In this document: one piece after another, positions 8,542 to 17,740 of the stretch
Layout: the number at the start of each line of letters is the position of its first letter
Numbering within the stretch: position 1 is the stretch's first letter
Source: Deltaproteobacteria bacterium
GTDB taxonomy: Bacteria > Myxococcota_A > UBA796 > SXON01
Assembly: GCA_947490345.1 (NCBI GenBank)
Contig: CANLGL010000004.1
Coordinates: 7,147 to 71,146, forward strand
DNA: 64,000 nt
Reading direction: 5' to 3'
The notes under the pieces: generated by a model
Database searches by the model: none
What the model was told of the DNA's origin: nothing
Seen by the model: the letters and a program-made list of their open reading frames with translations, nothing else
Made by a program: the position numbers and the translations under genes

Positions 8542-9978
8542 TCAGGGCGTCGTCGCGGGCGGGCTGCCCTCGGGGGCAACAACGATGGTCTTGCTGCGGC
8601 TCTCGCCAATCGCGGCGTTTGGCCTGCCCTCTTCGTCGAGGTAGCCAAGGGCCTCCAGTTGGTCCCTCAGCGCCGCGTCGCCTGCGGACTCGCCCTCACC
8701 GACCTCGATGGCGCCGCGCTCCAGCGTCCGGGTTGGCACCGGAGCGACGAATCCGAGGTCGAAGAGGTCGTCGCGCGCGTGGCCAGGCATGTCCGCGCCG
8801 GCTGGTACGCCGAGCAGCGCGTACAGGGTGGGCGCGACGTCGTAGACGTGCATCTTCGCGGTGGCGCCCGGCTTTGTCCGGCCACCGACCGCGGCGAAGA
8901 CCGCAGTCCCGCGGTGCTGGCCTCCGATGAGCGGCTGGCTGCCTGACACCTTGAAGCCATGGTCGCTCACGACGATGAGCGTGGTGTCGTCATCGACGAC
9001 CGCCTGGATTCGCCCCAGCACACTGTCGAGGTATTTGTAGTAGTCCGGGACCCATCGCCCGGCCTCGCCCAGCTCGTCGCCGGTGAGCCCTTTTTCCCCC
9101 CATGGCGGCATCGCCCGCGTTGGATGACGGCGCAGCAGGCCGTCCACCGCCCGCTTGTGTGCGGTGGGGTCCTGACGAATCACCCGCTGGGTCTCCGGGT
9201 CCTGGAACGGCCAGTAGGCGTGGCTCACCTGGTCGGCCCCGTTGACGTACACACACCCGAAGTCCGCGTCGGTTTCCGGCCAGAGCCGTTCGAACACGCG
9301 GACATGAAGCTCGTCCCGGCGCAGCGGATGAGAGGGAGCGCCGTACTCAGCGACCTGGTAGCCGAGCGGAGAGGCCGCCAGCCACGCCGCGTCAGGGAGC
9401 AGGCCAGCTGCGATGGGACCGAGCGAATCGGGAAACGTCGTGACCTTTAGCTGTTCGTCGACGGCCGGTTGGTCGGTGCGACGCGACATGGGGTAGGCCC
9501 ACACGAATCGGTCGGAAAGGGCCTGTCCGTCGATGATCGGGGCCGGCCAGGTCATCAGCCATCCCGCCAGGACGCTCGAACGGCCCTGTTCCGTCAGCGC
9601 GTCCCACACCCGCTCGACCTGGACATCCGCGCCGGTGAAGGATTTGCCCCGACCGTTGGTCCACCCTCCGATGCCGTGCACCTCCGCCGGGTACCCCGAC
9701 GCGATCGTCGTCCAGAGAATCGGCGACATGATCGGGCTGGTCACCTCCACCTCGGCGTGCGCCCCCGCCTCGAGAAGGGCACTCAGATTCGGCAAGGTGC
9801 GCGCGTACCGGTGAAGCGCCGAGTACTCCAGCCCATCCATGCCCACCACCACGACCCGGCTGCGCTCAGGCGGGGAAACGCAGCCCACCACAGAAGCGAG
9901 CGCCAGCGCGAACGCCGGCCACAACCGATGGGCGCCGGGCGCTCGGATGCCTTCAATGTCAGGACCCAGTGAACCCAT
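8542..9978 (-). CDS. Alkaline-phosphatase-superfamily lipoprotein (type I phosphodiesterase / nucleotide pyrophosphatase-like)
   Basis: VVVVGMDGLEYS, TSPIMSPILWTTIASGYPAEVHGI and LIVVSDHGF motifs. Lipobox ALASVVGC follows the ATG at 9978 (verified). Confidence 0.75.
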   Translation of the reverse strand: MGSLGPDIEGIRAPGAHRLWPAFALALASVVGCVSPPERSRVVVVGMDGLEYSALHRYARTLPNLSALLEAGAHAEVEVTSPIMSPILWTTIASGYPAEVHGIGGWTNGRGKSFTGADVQVERVWDALTEQGRSSVLAGWLMTWPAPIIDGQALSDRFVWAYPMSRRTDQPAVDEQLKVTTFPDSLGPIAAGLLPDAAWLAASPLGYQVAEYGAPSHPLRRDELHVRVFERLWPETDADFGCVYVNGADQVSHAYWPFQDPETQRVIRQDPTAHKRAVDGLLRRHPTRAMPPWGEKGLTGDELGEAGRWVPDYYKYLDSVLGRIQAVVDDDTTLIVVSDHGFKVSGSQPLIGGQHRGTAVFAAVGGRTKPGATAKMHVYDVAPTLYALLGVPAGADMPGHARDDLFDLGFVAPVPTRTLERGAIEVGEGESAGDAALRDQLEALGYLDEEGRPNAAIGESRSKTIVVAPEGSPPATTP

Positions 9979-10029
9979 GTGCTCGCGGAGAACACGTCGT
10001 ACTAAAGGCGCGGCGCCAAGGGGTCCAGG

Positions 10030-11205
10030 ATGCTGCCACTCGCTTTCTTCGTCTCCATCGCCACCGCTGGTGAGACCGACCAGCCCGCCGATGGGAAGTT
10101 CTCGATGCCCCAGTCCGGCTTCACGCTCACCGCGCCCGGCTGGCACATGGCGCGCTGGTCCGACTGGGACTGGAAGGGACGCACCGCCGACTCTGCCGTT
10201 TTCGGCCGCGCCTGGTCGACCTCCTACCAACTGGTGCTCGACGATGAGGTCGCAAAGGGACTCACCGCTGAGTGGAAGGCCTTGATCGAGAGCGAGGAGG
10301 GCGGGGCCGACGTGGCCGTCACGTCCGTCAACGTCGAGGAGGTCGCTGGACAGAAGCGGGTCCGGGCAACCCTTACCTTCACCGCACGGGGTGGGCTAAA
10401 GGGCGTCTGTCACGCCGCGGCCTTCGCCACGCGCGGGCTCACGGCTCAGGTGTGGACGATCGCCCCCTCCCAAGGCTCCGAGCGCGCCGCCAAGCAGCTC
10501 GACCAGTTGCTGACCCAGCTGGAGGTCACGTCCCCCCCGGCCGCGCTGGGCGCCACGGAGACCTTGAGCGACGACGCCGGGGAGCTGGTGTTGCCCAGCG
10601 GCTGGCGCCTGCCGTTGGACGCCGAAGCCACGGAGGTCACCGCGCTCTACGGCAAGACGGGCGCCAAGGACAGTCGCCTCTGCACGGCCGCCATCCACCC
10701 CTACGTCGGAGGGGTAGCCGATGTGCTCCTGCTGTGCGGCGAGGGCGGCAACGCCGTCGTCGTGGACGAATTCAGCTTCGCCGATGAAGCCGTCCTCTTC
10801 GGCCAGCAGCTGTTCGGCAAGGCGGCCGAGAAGCTCCCCCCCGCTGAGATGGTGGTTCGCGGGCAAGGCGATGTCGCCATCCTCGTCCACGCCAACACGG
10901 GCTTGTGGGCAGGCGGGGTCGACACCTCCACCGGGACGGAAGTGATCTGGACGAGCGGCGCCGACGGCCACGACACCGCGCTCGGTGACACCGCCCGCGC
11001 CGCCCTCAAGGCGCTGAAGCTCAACGACGCCGCGCAGCCGAATCCCGGCCTCGGCGCACTGGTCTTCCACCGGATGACCTACCAGCCGACCCATCCGATG
11101 GTCCTGGTCCCGGGCCTCCTGGCGCTGGGACTGCTCGGCGGGATCATCATGATGATCCTGCGGTCGACGCCCAAGCCGGGCGCGGACGATCCGCAGGCAC
11201 TCTAG
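10030..11205 (+). CDS. Hypothetical secreted protein with C-terminal TM anchor
   Basis: Short N-terminal hydrophobic leader MLPLAFFVSIATAG, C-terminal LVPGLLALGLLGGIIMMIL, and high third-position GC. Confidence 0.55.
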   Translation: MLPLAFFVSIATAGETDQPADGKFSMPQSGFTLTAPGWHMARWSDWDWKGRTADSAVFGRAWSTSYQLVLDDEVAKGLTAEWKALIESEEGGADVAVTSVNVEEVAGQKRVRATLTFTARGGLKGVCHAAAFATRGLTAQVWTIAPSQGSERAAKQLDQLLTQLEVTSPPAALGATETLSDDAGELVLPSGWRLPLDAEATEVTALYGKTGAKDSRLCTAAIHPYVGGVADVLLLCGEGGNAVVVDEFSFADEAVLFGQQLFGKAAEKLPPAEMVVRGQGDVAILVHANTGLWAGGVDTSTGTEVIWTSGADGHDTALGDTARAALKALKLNDAAQPNPGLGALVFHRMTYQPTHPMVLVPGLLALGLLGGIIMMILRSTPKPGADDPQAL

Positions 11206-11211
11206 CGAGCG

Positions 11212-11463
11212 CTACCGCATCCGCCCGACACTGCTCTCCATCTCGTCGTCGAAGTTCGCGCGCAGCACGATCAGGGACGGGTGGGTGCCCCGCTTCGGCT
11301 CGATGGCGTACGCGACGCCGGGGCCATCCCGCCTGCCATCGACCCCTACCCCCTCGTACTCGACGATGGTGACCGCCTGAAAAACCTGACGCGGCGCGGC
11401 CGTCTCCGGAACGACGTCGGTGGACTGGGCCAGGGCAGAAGCGAGTGAGAGTAGAACGAGCAT
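11212..11463 (-). CDS. Small secreted hypothetical protein
   Basis: ATG at 11463 is preceded by GGAGG. Signal peptide MLVLLSLASALAQS. Confidence 0.5.
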   Translation of the reverse strand: MLVLLSLASALAQSTDVVPETAAPRQVFQAVTIVEYEGVGVDGRRDGPGVAYAIEPKRGTHPSLIVLRANFDDEMESSVGRMR

Positions 11464-11576
11464 GGAAAACCTCCGCTGGCTCCGACAGCGCGGGCGCAGC
11501 GCGGTTCCAGCGAACGTTGGGCGACTGGGAGGGAGCGGCGCCGTCCACCAGGGGCGACCCCCCGTCTTCCCCAAAA

Positions 11577-11993
11577 CTATCCTTGGAACTCGCCCAACTT
11601 GCACATCCGCGCCCACTGCTCGGCCGCCAGCGGGATCACGCTGACCCTGCCCTGCTTGACCAGCTTGGACTCCGCCAGCACCGGATCGGCGCGGAACTGA
11701 GCGAGGCTGACCGGCTTGGGGAGCGCGGCCACCGGTGCAAGGTCCACGCACAACCAGCGAGGATCACCTTCTGCCGTAGGGTCTTCGTATGACTCACGCA
11801 CTACCGTCGCGACGCCAACGACCTCCTTGCCCAAGTTGGAGTGGTACCAGGCCACCCGATCGCCGACCTTCATCGAGCGGAGGTTGTTCCGCGCTTCGGC
11901 GCTGCGAACACCGGTCCACGCGGTCTGGCGCTCAACCACGAAATTTGCCCAGGAGTACACATCGGGTTCCGACTTCGCCAACCAGTAGTTCAT
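11577..11993 (-). CDS. EVE (PUA-like) domain protein
   Basis: MNYWLAKSEPDVYSW ... WTGVRSAEARNNLRSMKVGDRVAWYHS ... VVGVATVVRE is the EVE/THYN1 pattern. Its ATG overlaps the mltG stop (ATGA). Confidence 0.8.
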   Translation of the reverse strand: MNYWLAKSEPDVYSWANFVVERQTAWTGVRSAEARNNLRSMKVGDRVAWYHSNLGKEVVGVATVVRESYEDPTAEGDPRWLCVDLAPVAALPKPVSLAQFRADPVLAESKLVKQGRVSVIPLAAEQWARMCKLGEFQG

Positions 11994-12970
11994 AGGTACT
12001 TCCTCTTGAGTCGGTCGTGTTCGGCGGCGTTCTTGGACGGATGGATGGTGCCGGTGGCGTCGTGCAAGTAGTACCAATACTCGGTGGTCTCGGGATGCAG
12101 CGCGGCGTCAAGCGAACGCTGGCCTGGACTGCCGATCGCGGTGGGCGGGAGGCCAGGACGAAGCCGGGTGTTGTATGGCTCTGCAGGATCAAAGAGCTGC
12201 TTCAGAAACGCTTTTTCGTCGTTCCAGTCGGCCAGCGTGTAGCGCGAGGTCGCGTCGATACCCAGGTTCCACTTCGCGTCTAGGCGTTTCCACATGATCC
12301 CGGCGACGAGGGCGCGATTGGCGGGGCTGGGCTCCTCCCGCTCGATCATGCTCGCCACGATGACCACCTGCTCCAGCGAACGAGGGCCAGTGTCCGCCGT
12401 GTTCGCGAATCGCTCGCCCAGGAGGTCGAGTTGGCGTTGGACAAAAGCTTTGGCGGTGAAGTCTCCGGGTGAGACGAGGTAGGTTTCTGGGTACAGGAAG
12501 CCTTCCAGGCCACCAGCCGGGAGCGCATACCCAGCGCGGTAGTCACTGCCTCGTTGCGAGGCCTCCAAGTATTCGCCGGGTTTTACGAGACCTTTCTCGA
12601 CCAGCGCCGCGTCGATGTCCTTGGCGCGCCAGCCTTCGACCACCGTGAACGGCACATCGTCGGGCACCGGCGGCCCGCACAACGCCGCGAGCAGTTCTCC
12701 AGCATTCATGCCCGGTGTGGCACGGTGTTTTCCTGCCTTCAAGCACGAACCATCCGCACCGAGGCGCAGGAACCACTCCCAGTTCGAGGCGCTCGTGACC
12801 AGCCCCGCCCCGGCCAGTTCGTCGCCGATGCCCCGGGCGCTGGAGCCCTTGGGGACGTCGAACACCACCACCGTCGTGTTCCCGGGAGCGGGGGCGGCAT
12901 CGAATGAGCAGGCAGGCAGCCACACAAGCGTGGCCGCGACGACAAAGGCGCGCATCATCGCGGATATCAT
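11990..12970 (-). CDS. mltG: Endolytic murein transglycosylase MltG (YceG-like)
   Basis: LASMIEREE-like VIVASMIEREEPS, PYNTRLRPGLPPTAIGSPG and YYLHDATGTIHPSKNAAEH motifs. ATG at 12970 is followed by a TM/lipobox (LVWLPAC). Confidence 0.85.
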   Translation of the reverse strand: MISAMMRAFVVAATLVWLPACSFDAAPAPGNTTVVVFDVPKGSSARGIGDELAGAGLVTSASNWEWFLRLGADGSCLKAGKHRATPGMNAGELLAALCGPPVPDDVPFTVVEGWRAKDIDAALVEKGLVKPGEYLEASQRGSDYRAGYALPAGGLEGFLYPETYLVSPGDFTAKAFVQRQLDLLGERFANTADTGPRSLEQVVIVASMIEREEPSPANRALVAGIMWKRLDAKWNLGIDATSRYTLADWNDEKAFLKQLFDPAEPYNTRLRPGLPPTAIGSPGQRSLDAALHPETTEYWYYLHDATGTIHPSKNAAEHDRLKRKYL

Positions 12971-13027
12971 ACCGCAGGGGGAACGGCCGCAACCGCATCG
13001 TGCCGGCGATCCGGCTACGCTGCCGGC

Positions 13028-14173
13028 GTGCGACTGAATCCGCGTCTCGCCGCGCTCCCGACGTACCCGACCGTGATCCTGGACCAGAAGCGCGACGCCC
13101 TGCTGGCTGCGGGCCGGCCCGTCTACGACTTCGGTACGGGCGACCCGACAGAGCCGACGCCGGCCTTCATCCGCGCGCGCGTGGGCCCCGCGATTCCGGA
13201 CAACTGTCGGTACCCCACGGTGCTGGGCGGAAAAGACGTGCGCGAGGCATTTGCCGGGTGGGCTGCGCGCCGATTCGGCGTGGTACTCGACCCCGCGACC
13301 CAGGTCTTGCCGAGCTCCGGGAGCAAAGAGGCCGTGTTCCATCTGCCGCTGCTGGTGATCGATCCCGACGCGTCCGACCGGGCGGTGGTCTTTCCCGACC
13401 CCGGCTACAGCGTGTACTACCGGGGCGCCGTGCTCGCCGGCGGGGAGCCGGTACCGCAGCGGCTCGACGGCGACTTCCGTCAGCGCCCGTGGGACCTACC
13501 GACGGAGTTGTTGCGCCGCACGCGACTTCTGTGGATCAACTCGCCCCACAACCCCAGCGGCGCTGTGCTTTCGCGCGACGACCTGCGCCGAACGTGGGAG
13601 CTGTGCCGCGAACACGACATCCTCCTGGCCTCCGACGAGTGCTACGCCGACACCTGGTTCGACGAGCCGCCGCCGAGCATCCTCGAGGTCGCTAGCGAAG
13701 GCGTGATCGCCATCTTTTCGTTGTCCAAGCGCAGCGGGATGACTGGCTACCGGACCGGGATGATCGCCGGTGACGCCCGCTGGATGAAGAAGCTCCGCGA
13801 GCTTCGCACCAATCCAGGCCTTGCTCCTCAAGATTTTGTGAATGCCGCGGCGGCCACCGCCTGGGCCGACGACGACCACGCCGAGGAGCGCCGCGGGCTT
13901 TTCCGGGCCAAACGCGACCTGCTGGCAGGGTTCCTCACCGGGCACGGTCTGCAGATCGTCGCCAGCGAGGCCAGCTTCTACCTGTGGGTGCGCGCCCCGA
14001 GTGGCTACAACGGCCAGCGCTACGCCGAACGGCTCCTCGACGCGGGGATCATGACCAACCCCGGCTCTGCGTTTGCGGTGACCGATGCGGGCGACCCGTA
14101 CATCCGCCTCGCGCTCGTCCCTGACCTGGACACCTGTCGGGCGGCCTGCCAGGTCTGGAGCGGGGTGCGCTGA
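13028..14173 (+). CDS. Class I/II PLP-dependent aminotransferase (candidate succinyldiaminopimelate aminotransferase)
   Basis: INSPHNPSGAV, FSLSKRSGMTGYRTG (PLP lysine) and YIRLALV motifs. The DapC role is inferred from dapD/dapE elsewhere in the window. GTG start verified. Confidence 0.8.
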   Translation: MRLNPRLAALPTYPTVILDQKRDALLAAGRPVYDFGTGDPTEPTPAFIRARVGPAIPDNCRYPTVLGGKDVREAFAGWAARRFGVVLDPATQVLPSSGSKEAVFHLPLLVIDPDASDRAVVFPDPGYSVYYRGAVLAGGEPVPQRLDGDFRQRPWDLPTELLRRTRLLWINSPHNPSGAVLSRDDLRRTWELCREHDILLASDECYADTWFDEPPPSILEVASEGVIAIFSLSKRSGMTGYRTGMIAGDARWMKKLRELRTNPGLAPQDFVNAAAATAWADDDHAEERRGLFRAKRDLLAGFLTGHGLQIVASEASFYLWVRAPSGYNGQRYAERLLDAGIMTNPGSAFAVTDAGDPYIRLALVPDLDTCRAACQVWSGVR

Positions 14174-14958
14174 TGCCGATGACGACCGTCGTCCAGGCCA
14201 TCGTGCTCGTCGTCGGGCTGACGCTCGGCGCCTTGTGGCCTCGCGGCGGGAAGGCGCTGGCGCTGTTTTCGCGGGATGCTCTGATCAACGTCGCGACAGG
14301 GGCGGTGTTGTTTCCGCTCCGGCTTGGCCTCACGATGCTTGGCGTGCGCCTCGCCCAAGGTGGCAATCCGGGCCTGTCCGGAGTCATCGCGCTCGGGGCA
14401 ATCGACGCGCCTGCGCTCCAGTTCCTCTTCACCTTCGTGCTCCTCGACTTCAGCAAATACTGGCTGCACCGGGCCCATCACCGCATCCCCGTCTTGTGGA
14501 GCTTCCACCGAGTGCATCACAGCACCGAGCACATTGACGCAACGGCGGGCCTCCGCATGCATCTGGTCGACTTCCTGCAATTGACGGCGGTCCCCGTGTT
14601 GCTGTTCGGCGTGCTCTTCGACGTCTCCGCCTTTGCCGCGTGGGTGCTTCCCGTCGCGATCTCCGTGGGCATCATCGCGGACGCGTTCTCCCACATGCAC
14701 GTGGAGTTTCCGTATAAAAACCCCGTCTGTCGGGCGCTATTGTATGTCTTCAACAACCCGCTGTTCCACAGCTGGCATCACACACGGGACGGCGTCCTCC
14801 GCGACGGCAACTACGCCAACGCCTTGCCAGTCTGGGACCTGCTTTTCCGTTCCAACGTGACCCAGCCCGACCCGCCGCAACTGTACGGCATCGGCGGAGA
14901 TCAGCGCCTCGCCAATGACGTGATCGGCTTGCAGCTCTTGCGGCCGCGGACGGACTGA
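14173..14958 (+). CDS. Fatty acid hydroxylase / sterol desaturase family membrane protein
   Basis: Histidine boxes HRAHHR, HRVHHS and FHSWHH. The ATG overlaps the upstream TGA by 1 nt. Confidence 0.8.
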   Translation: MPMTTVVQAIVLVVGLTLGALWPRGGKALALFSRDALINVATGAVLFPLRLGLTMLGVRLAQGGNPGLSGVIALGAIDAPALQFLFTFVLLDFSKYWLHRAHHRIPVLWSFHRVHHSTEHIDATAGLRMHLVDFLQLTAVPVLLFGVLFDVSAFAAWVLPVAISVGIIADAFSHMHVEFPYKNPVCRALLYVFNNPLFHSWHHTRDGVLRDGNYANALPVWDLLFRSNVTQPDPPQLYGIGGDQRLANDVIGLQLLRPRTD

Positions 14959-14960
14959 CC

Positions 14961-15947
14961 GTGCGCCTGCGCCTCGCCGCGGTCATCGCCCTGACCGTCG
15001 TGTGCCTGGCCTGGGTGCTCTGGGGCGTGGACCTCGCCGAGGCGATGGCGGGGGTCGCCCAGTTCCGCTGGAGCTTCATCGGTCCGATCTGGGGGCTGTA
15101 TCTGTTGGCGCACACGATGCGGGCGCAGCGTTTCCGCATCCTGTTGCCAAACCCGATTGATTATCGAGCCAGCTTCTCGGCGTTGTCCATAGGTTATCTG
15201 GCCCTCCACGTTTTTCCGTTCCGCCTGGGCGAGCTGGTGCGCCCCTACCTGGTCCGGGAGCAGCGGGGCGTACCCTTCGGCGACTCGCTGGCCGTGGTCG
15301 TCGTCGAACGGATTCTCGACGTCGTCATGCTCTTGCTGATGATCCTCGGGACGAGCTGGTTTGTGCCGATGGCCACCCAGGTCGAGGTCGGCGGCGTCGA
15401 CATCCTCGCGCTGGCGCAGCGAGCCGCTGGTACGGTCGCAGCGGTCGGGACCGTCGGCCTGTTGGCGATGATGTTTGCCGGTCCGCGCCTCTTGAGCATC
15501 GCTGAACGGCTCCCCGGCGGCTCACGCCTTCGCCCCCTTTTGGAGCGCTTCCACGCCGCTCTGGTGGCCCTTTCAGCGCGGCCGGCCGCTGCGGCGCAAG
15601 CTCTGCTCCTCAGCGCGCTGATCTGGTTGGTCACCCTGGTTGCCGTGCAGGTGCAGCTTGTCGCGACACCGGGAGTCCCCACCGACTTCGGCGCGGCCCT
15701 CGCCACGTGGACGGCCACGCTTTCGGGGATGGCCGTGCTGCCCACCCCCGGCTTCTTCGGCGGCTTTGAAGCGGCTTGCTCCACTGCGCTGCAGTTGCTC
15801 GGGGCCACTCCGGAAGCAGCCGCACCGTTCGCGATCCTCCTTCACCTGACCCAATTCGCCTTCACCATCGTGCTGGGCGCTGCCTTCCTCGCGCTCGAGG
15901 GTCTGGGACTGCGCGACGTGGTGGCCCGCAGTCAGGCGGGCGAGTGA
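14961..15947 (+). CDS. Flippase-like / LPG-synthase-TM (UPF0104) family membrane protein
   Basis: Multi-TM protein with LAHTMRAQRFRILL and HVFPFRLGELVRPYL motifs. It starts 2 nt after the upstream stop. Confidence 0.65.
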   Translation: MRLRLAAVIALTVVCLAWVLWGVDLAEAMAGVAQFRWSFIGPIWGLYLLAHTMRAQRFRILLPNPIDYRASFSALSIGYLALHVFPFRLGELVRPYLVREQRGVPFGDSLAVVVVERILDVVMLLLMILGTSWFVPMATQVEVGGVDILALAQRAAGTVAAVGTVGLLAMMFAGPRLLSIAERLPGGSRLRPLLERFHAALVALSARPAAAAQALLLSALIWLVTLVAVQVQLVATPGVPTDFGAALATWTATLSGMAVLPTPGFFGGFEAACSTALQLLGATPEAAAPFAILLHLTQFAFTIVLGAAFLALEGLGLRDVVARSQAGE

Positions 15948-15972
15948 GCAGCAACGGCGATAGCGCTCGCCA

Positions 15973-17649
15973 ATGCTCTTGATTCTGGTTGGGTGCGTCA
16001 GCCCCGCGCCGCCGTCCCCAGCCGACACCTCGACTGAGTCGCCCGACACCGGCGAGTTTCCCGGCGGCGCGGAAGCCGACGCCGTCTACGACATCGCCGT
16101 GCTCCACGAGGTCGTGGTGACCCTGGCGGATGCGGACTGGGCATCGCTGCGGGTGCAGGAGCGCAACTTCTACGAGCTCTTCGACGAAGGGTGCATGGAC
16201 GGCCCGTGGGGGAGCCCCTACACCTGGTTCGAAGCCGAGGTGGAGATCGACGGGGAAGCCCTGGGACCGGTGGGCGTCCGTAAAAAGGGGCTGCTCGGGT
16301 CGGTCACCGCCGACCGACCGAGCCTGCGCGTCTCTGTGGACCACGTGGTACCCGGCGCGACCTACCACGGCCTGGAAAAGCTCGTGCTCAACAACGGACG
16401 GCAGGATCCGAGCCGACTGCGCACCTGCCTGGCGCATCAGTTCTTCTCGGACGCGGGGCTCGTGGCCCCCCGGTGTGCCCTGGCCCATGTCACCGTCAAC
16501 GGCGAGGACCTCGGTGTGTACGCGCAGACAGAGGCGATCGACGAACTATTGGTGGCTCGCGATGAGGGCGTCCTCCCGCGCGCCCTCTACGAAGGAACCT
16601 TGAGCGACTTCCGTGAGGGTTGGCTCGCAACCTTCGAAGCCGAAAGCGTCGGCGCCGACGGGGCGGAGCTCGCCGCCGTGAGCGACGCACTCCTGACCGA
16701 TGACGACGGACTCCTGGCCGCGCTCGATGAGCTGGTCGACCTCGATCGATACGTCACCTTCTGGGTCGCGGAGTCGCTGGCGGGTCATTGGGATGGGTAC
16801 AACGGCAATACCAACAACTTCTACGTCTACGCCAGCGGCGCCGATGGTCGGCTCCGCTTCATCGCCAGCGGCCCTGATTCGGTATGGGATTCCCGCACTC
16901 CGTTCGGCGCGGCCTCGCCGCTGTGGGTCGCGACCTCGAGTACATTGGCCAACCGATTGATTCAGCACACTGAAGGCCGCGAACGCTTCCTGGCCGAGAT
17001 GGAACGGCAACTCGACGAGGTGTGGAACGAGGACGCCCGGATAGCGCAGATCGACGCATGGGCGGAGCTCGTCGGGCCAGTCGACGACGCGACCCAGCGC
17101 GACGGCATCGCGTCGTTGCGCGCGCTGGTGCGTCAGCGTGCCAACGACGTGGACGCCAGCCTCGGCGGTCGGTTCGATTCCCCGGCCCTCCGCGGCGAGC
17201 TGTGCTGGACCGACATCGGCGTGGTCACGGTCGACTTCGCCACGACATGGGGCAGCTACCCGGACGGCGACCTGTTCACTGGCTGGGCTGCCGCGCCCTA
17301 CTTCGAGATCAATGGGACCGAGTACGCGACGTTGGAGAGCGGCGCATCCGCCGGCTGGGCGGAAGAGGGCGGCGGCCTCTGGCTCACCATCAGCCGCATC
17401 GCGGAGGACACCTGGCTTGCACCGTACGTCGTGTTCGACGAGGCGCTCGCCCTTCCGGGCACGGACGTTCCGATCGACGGCGTCGCGGCCACAGCCATGT
17501 TGCTCTACAACTCCCCGGAGACCGGCGGCGCCTGGACCAACGCCGCGTACCTCGGCAACGGCACGCTACACTTCGACGATGCGGGGACCCGCGCCGGCGA
17601 CGCGGTTGTCGGCCGACTCGACGTTCGCGTCCTCGGCCAAGCGGAATAG
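15973..17649 (+). CDS. CotH-family (atypical kinase fold) lipoprotein
   Basis: Lipobox MLLILVGC. KLVLNNGRQDPSRLRTCLAHQFF, VTVNGEDLGVYAQTE and HWDGYNGNTNNFYVY resemble CotH. Confidence 0.75.
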   Translation: MLLILVGCVSPAPPSPADTSTESPDTGEFPGGAEADAVYDIAVLHEVVVTLADADWASLRVQERNFYELFDEGCMDGPWGSPYTWFEAEVEIDGEALGPVGVRKKGLLGSVTADRPSLRVSVDHVVPGATYHGLEKLVLNNGRQDPSRLRTCLAHQFFSDAGLVAPRCALAHVTVNGEDLGVYAQTEAIDELLVARDEGVLPRALYEGTLSDFREGWLATFEAESVGADGAELAAVSDALLTDDDGLLAALDELVDLDRYVTFWVAESLAGHWDGYNGNTNNFYVYASGADGRLRFIASGPDSVWDSRTPFGAASPLWVATSSTLANRLIQHTEGRERFLAEMERQLDEVWNEDARIAQIDAWAELVGPVDDATQRDGIASLRALVRQRANDVDASLGGRFDSPALRGELCWTDIGVVTVDFATTWGSYPDGDLFTGWAAAPYFEINGTEYATLESGASAGWAEEGGGLWLTISRIAEDTWLAPYVVFDEALALPGTDVPIDGVAATAMLLYNSPETGGAWTNAAYLGNGTLHFDDAGTRAGDAVVGRLDVRVLGQAE

Positions 17650-17740
17650 CGCGGGCGCGGTTAGAACCGGCACCTTGTCTACCGCGCCCCCGGCCCCAGG
17701 CCGCCTCGTCCTCGCCTACGACCCCTCCTTCCGCGCCACC

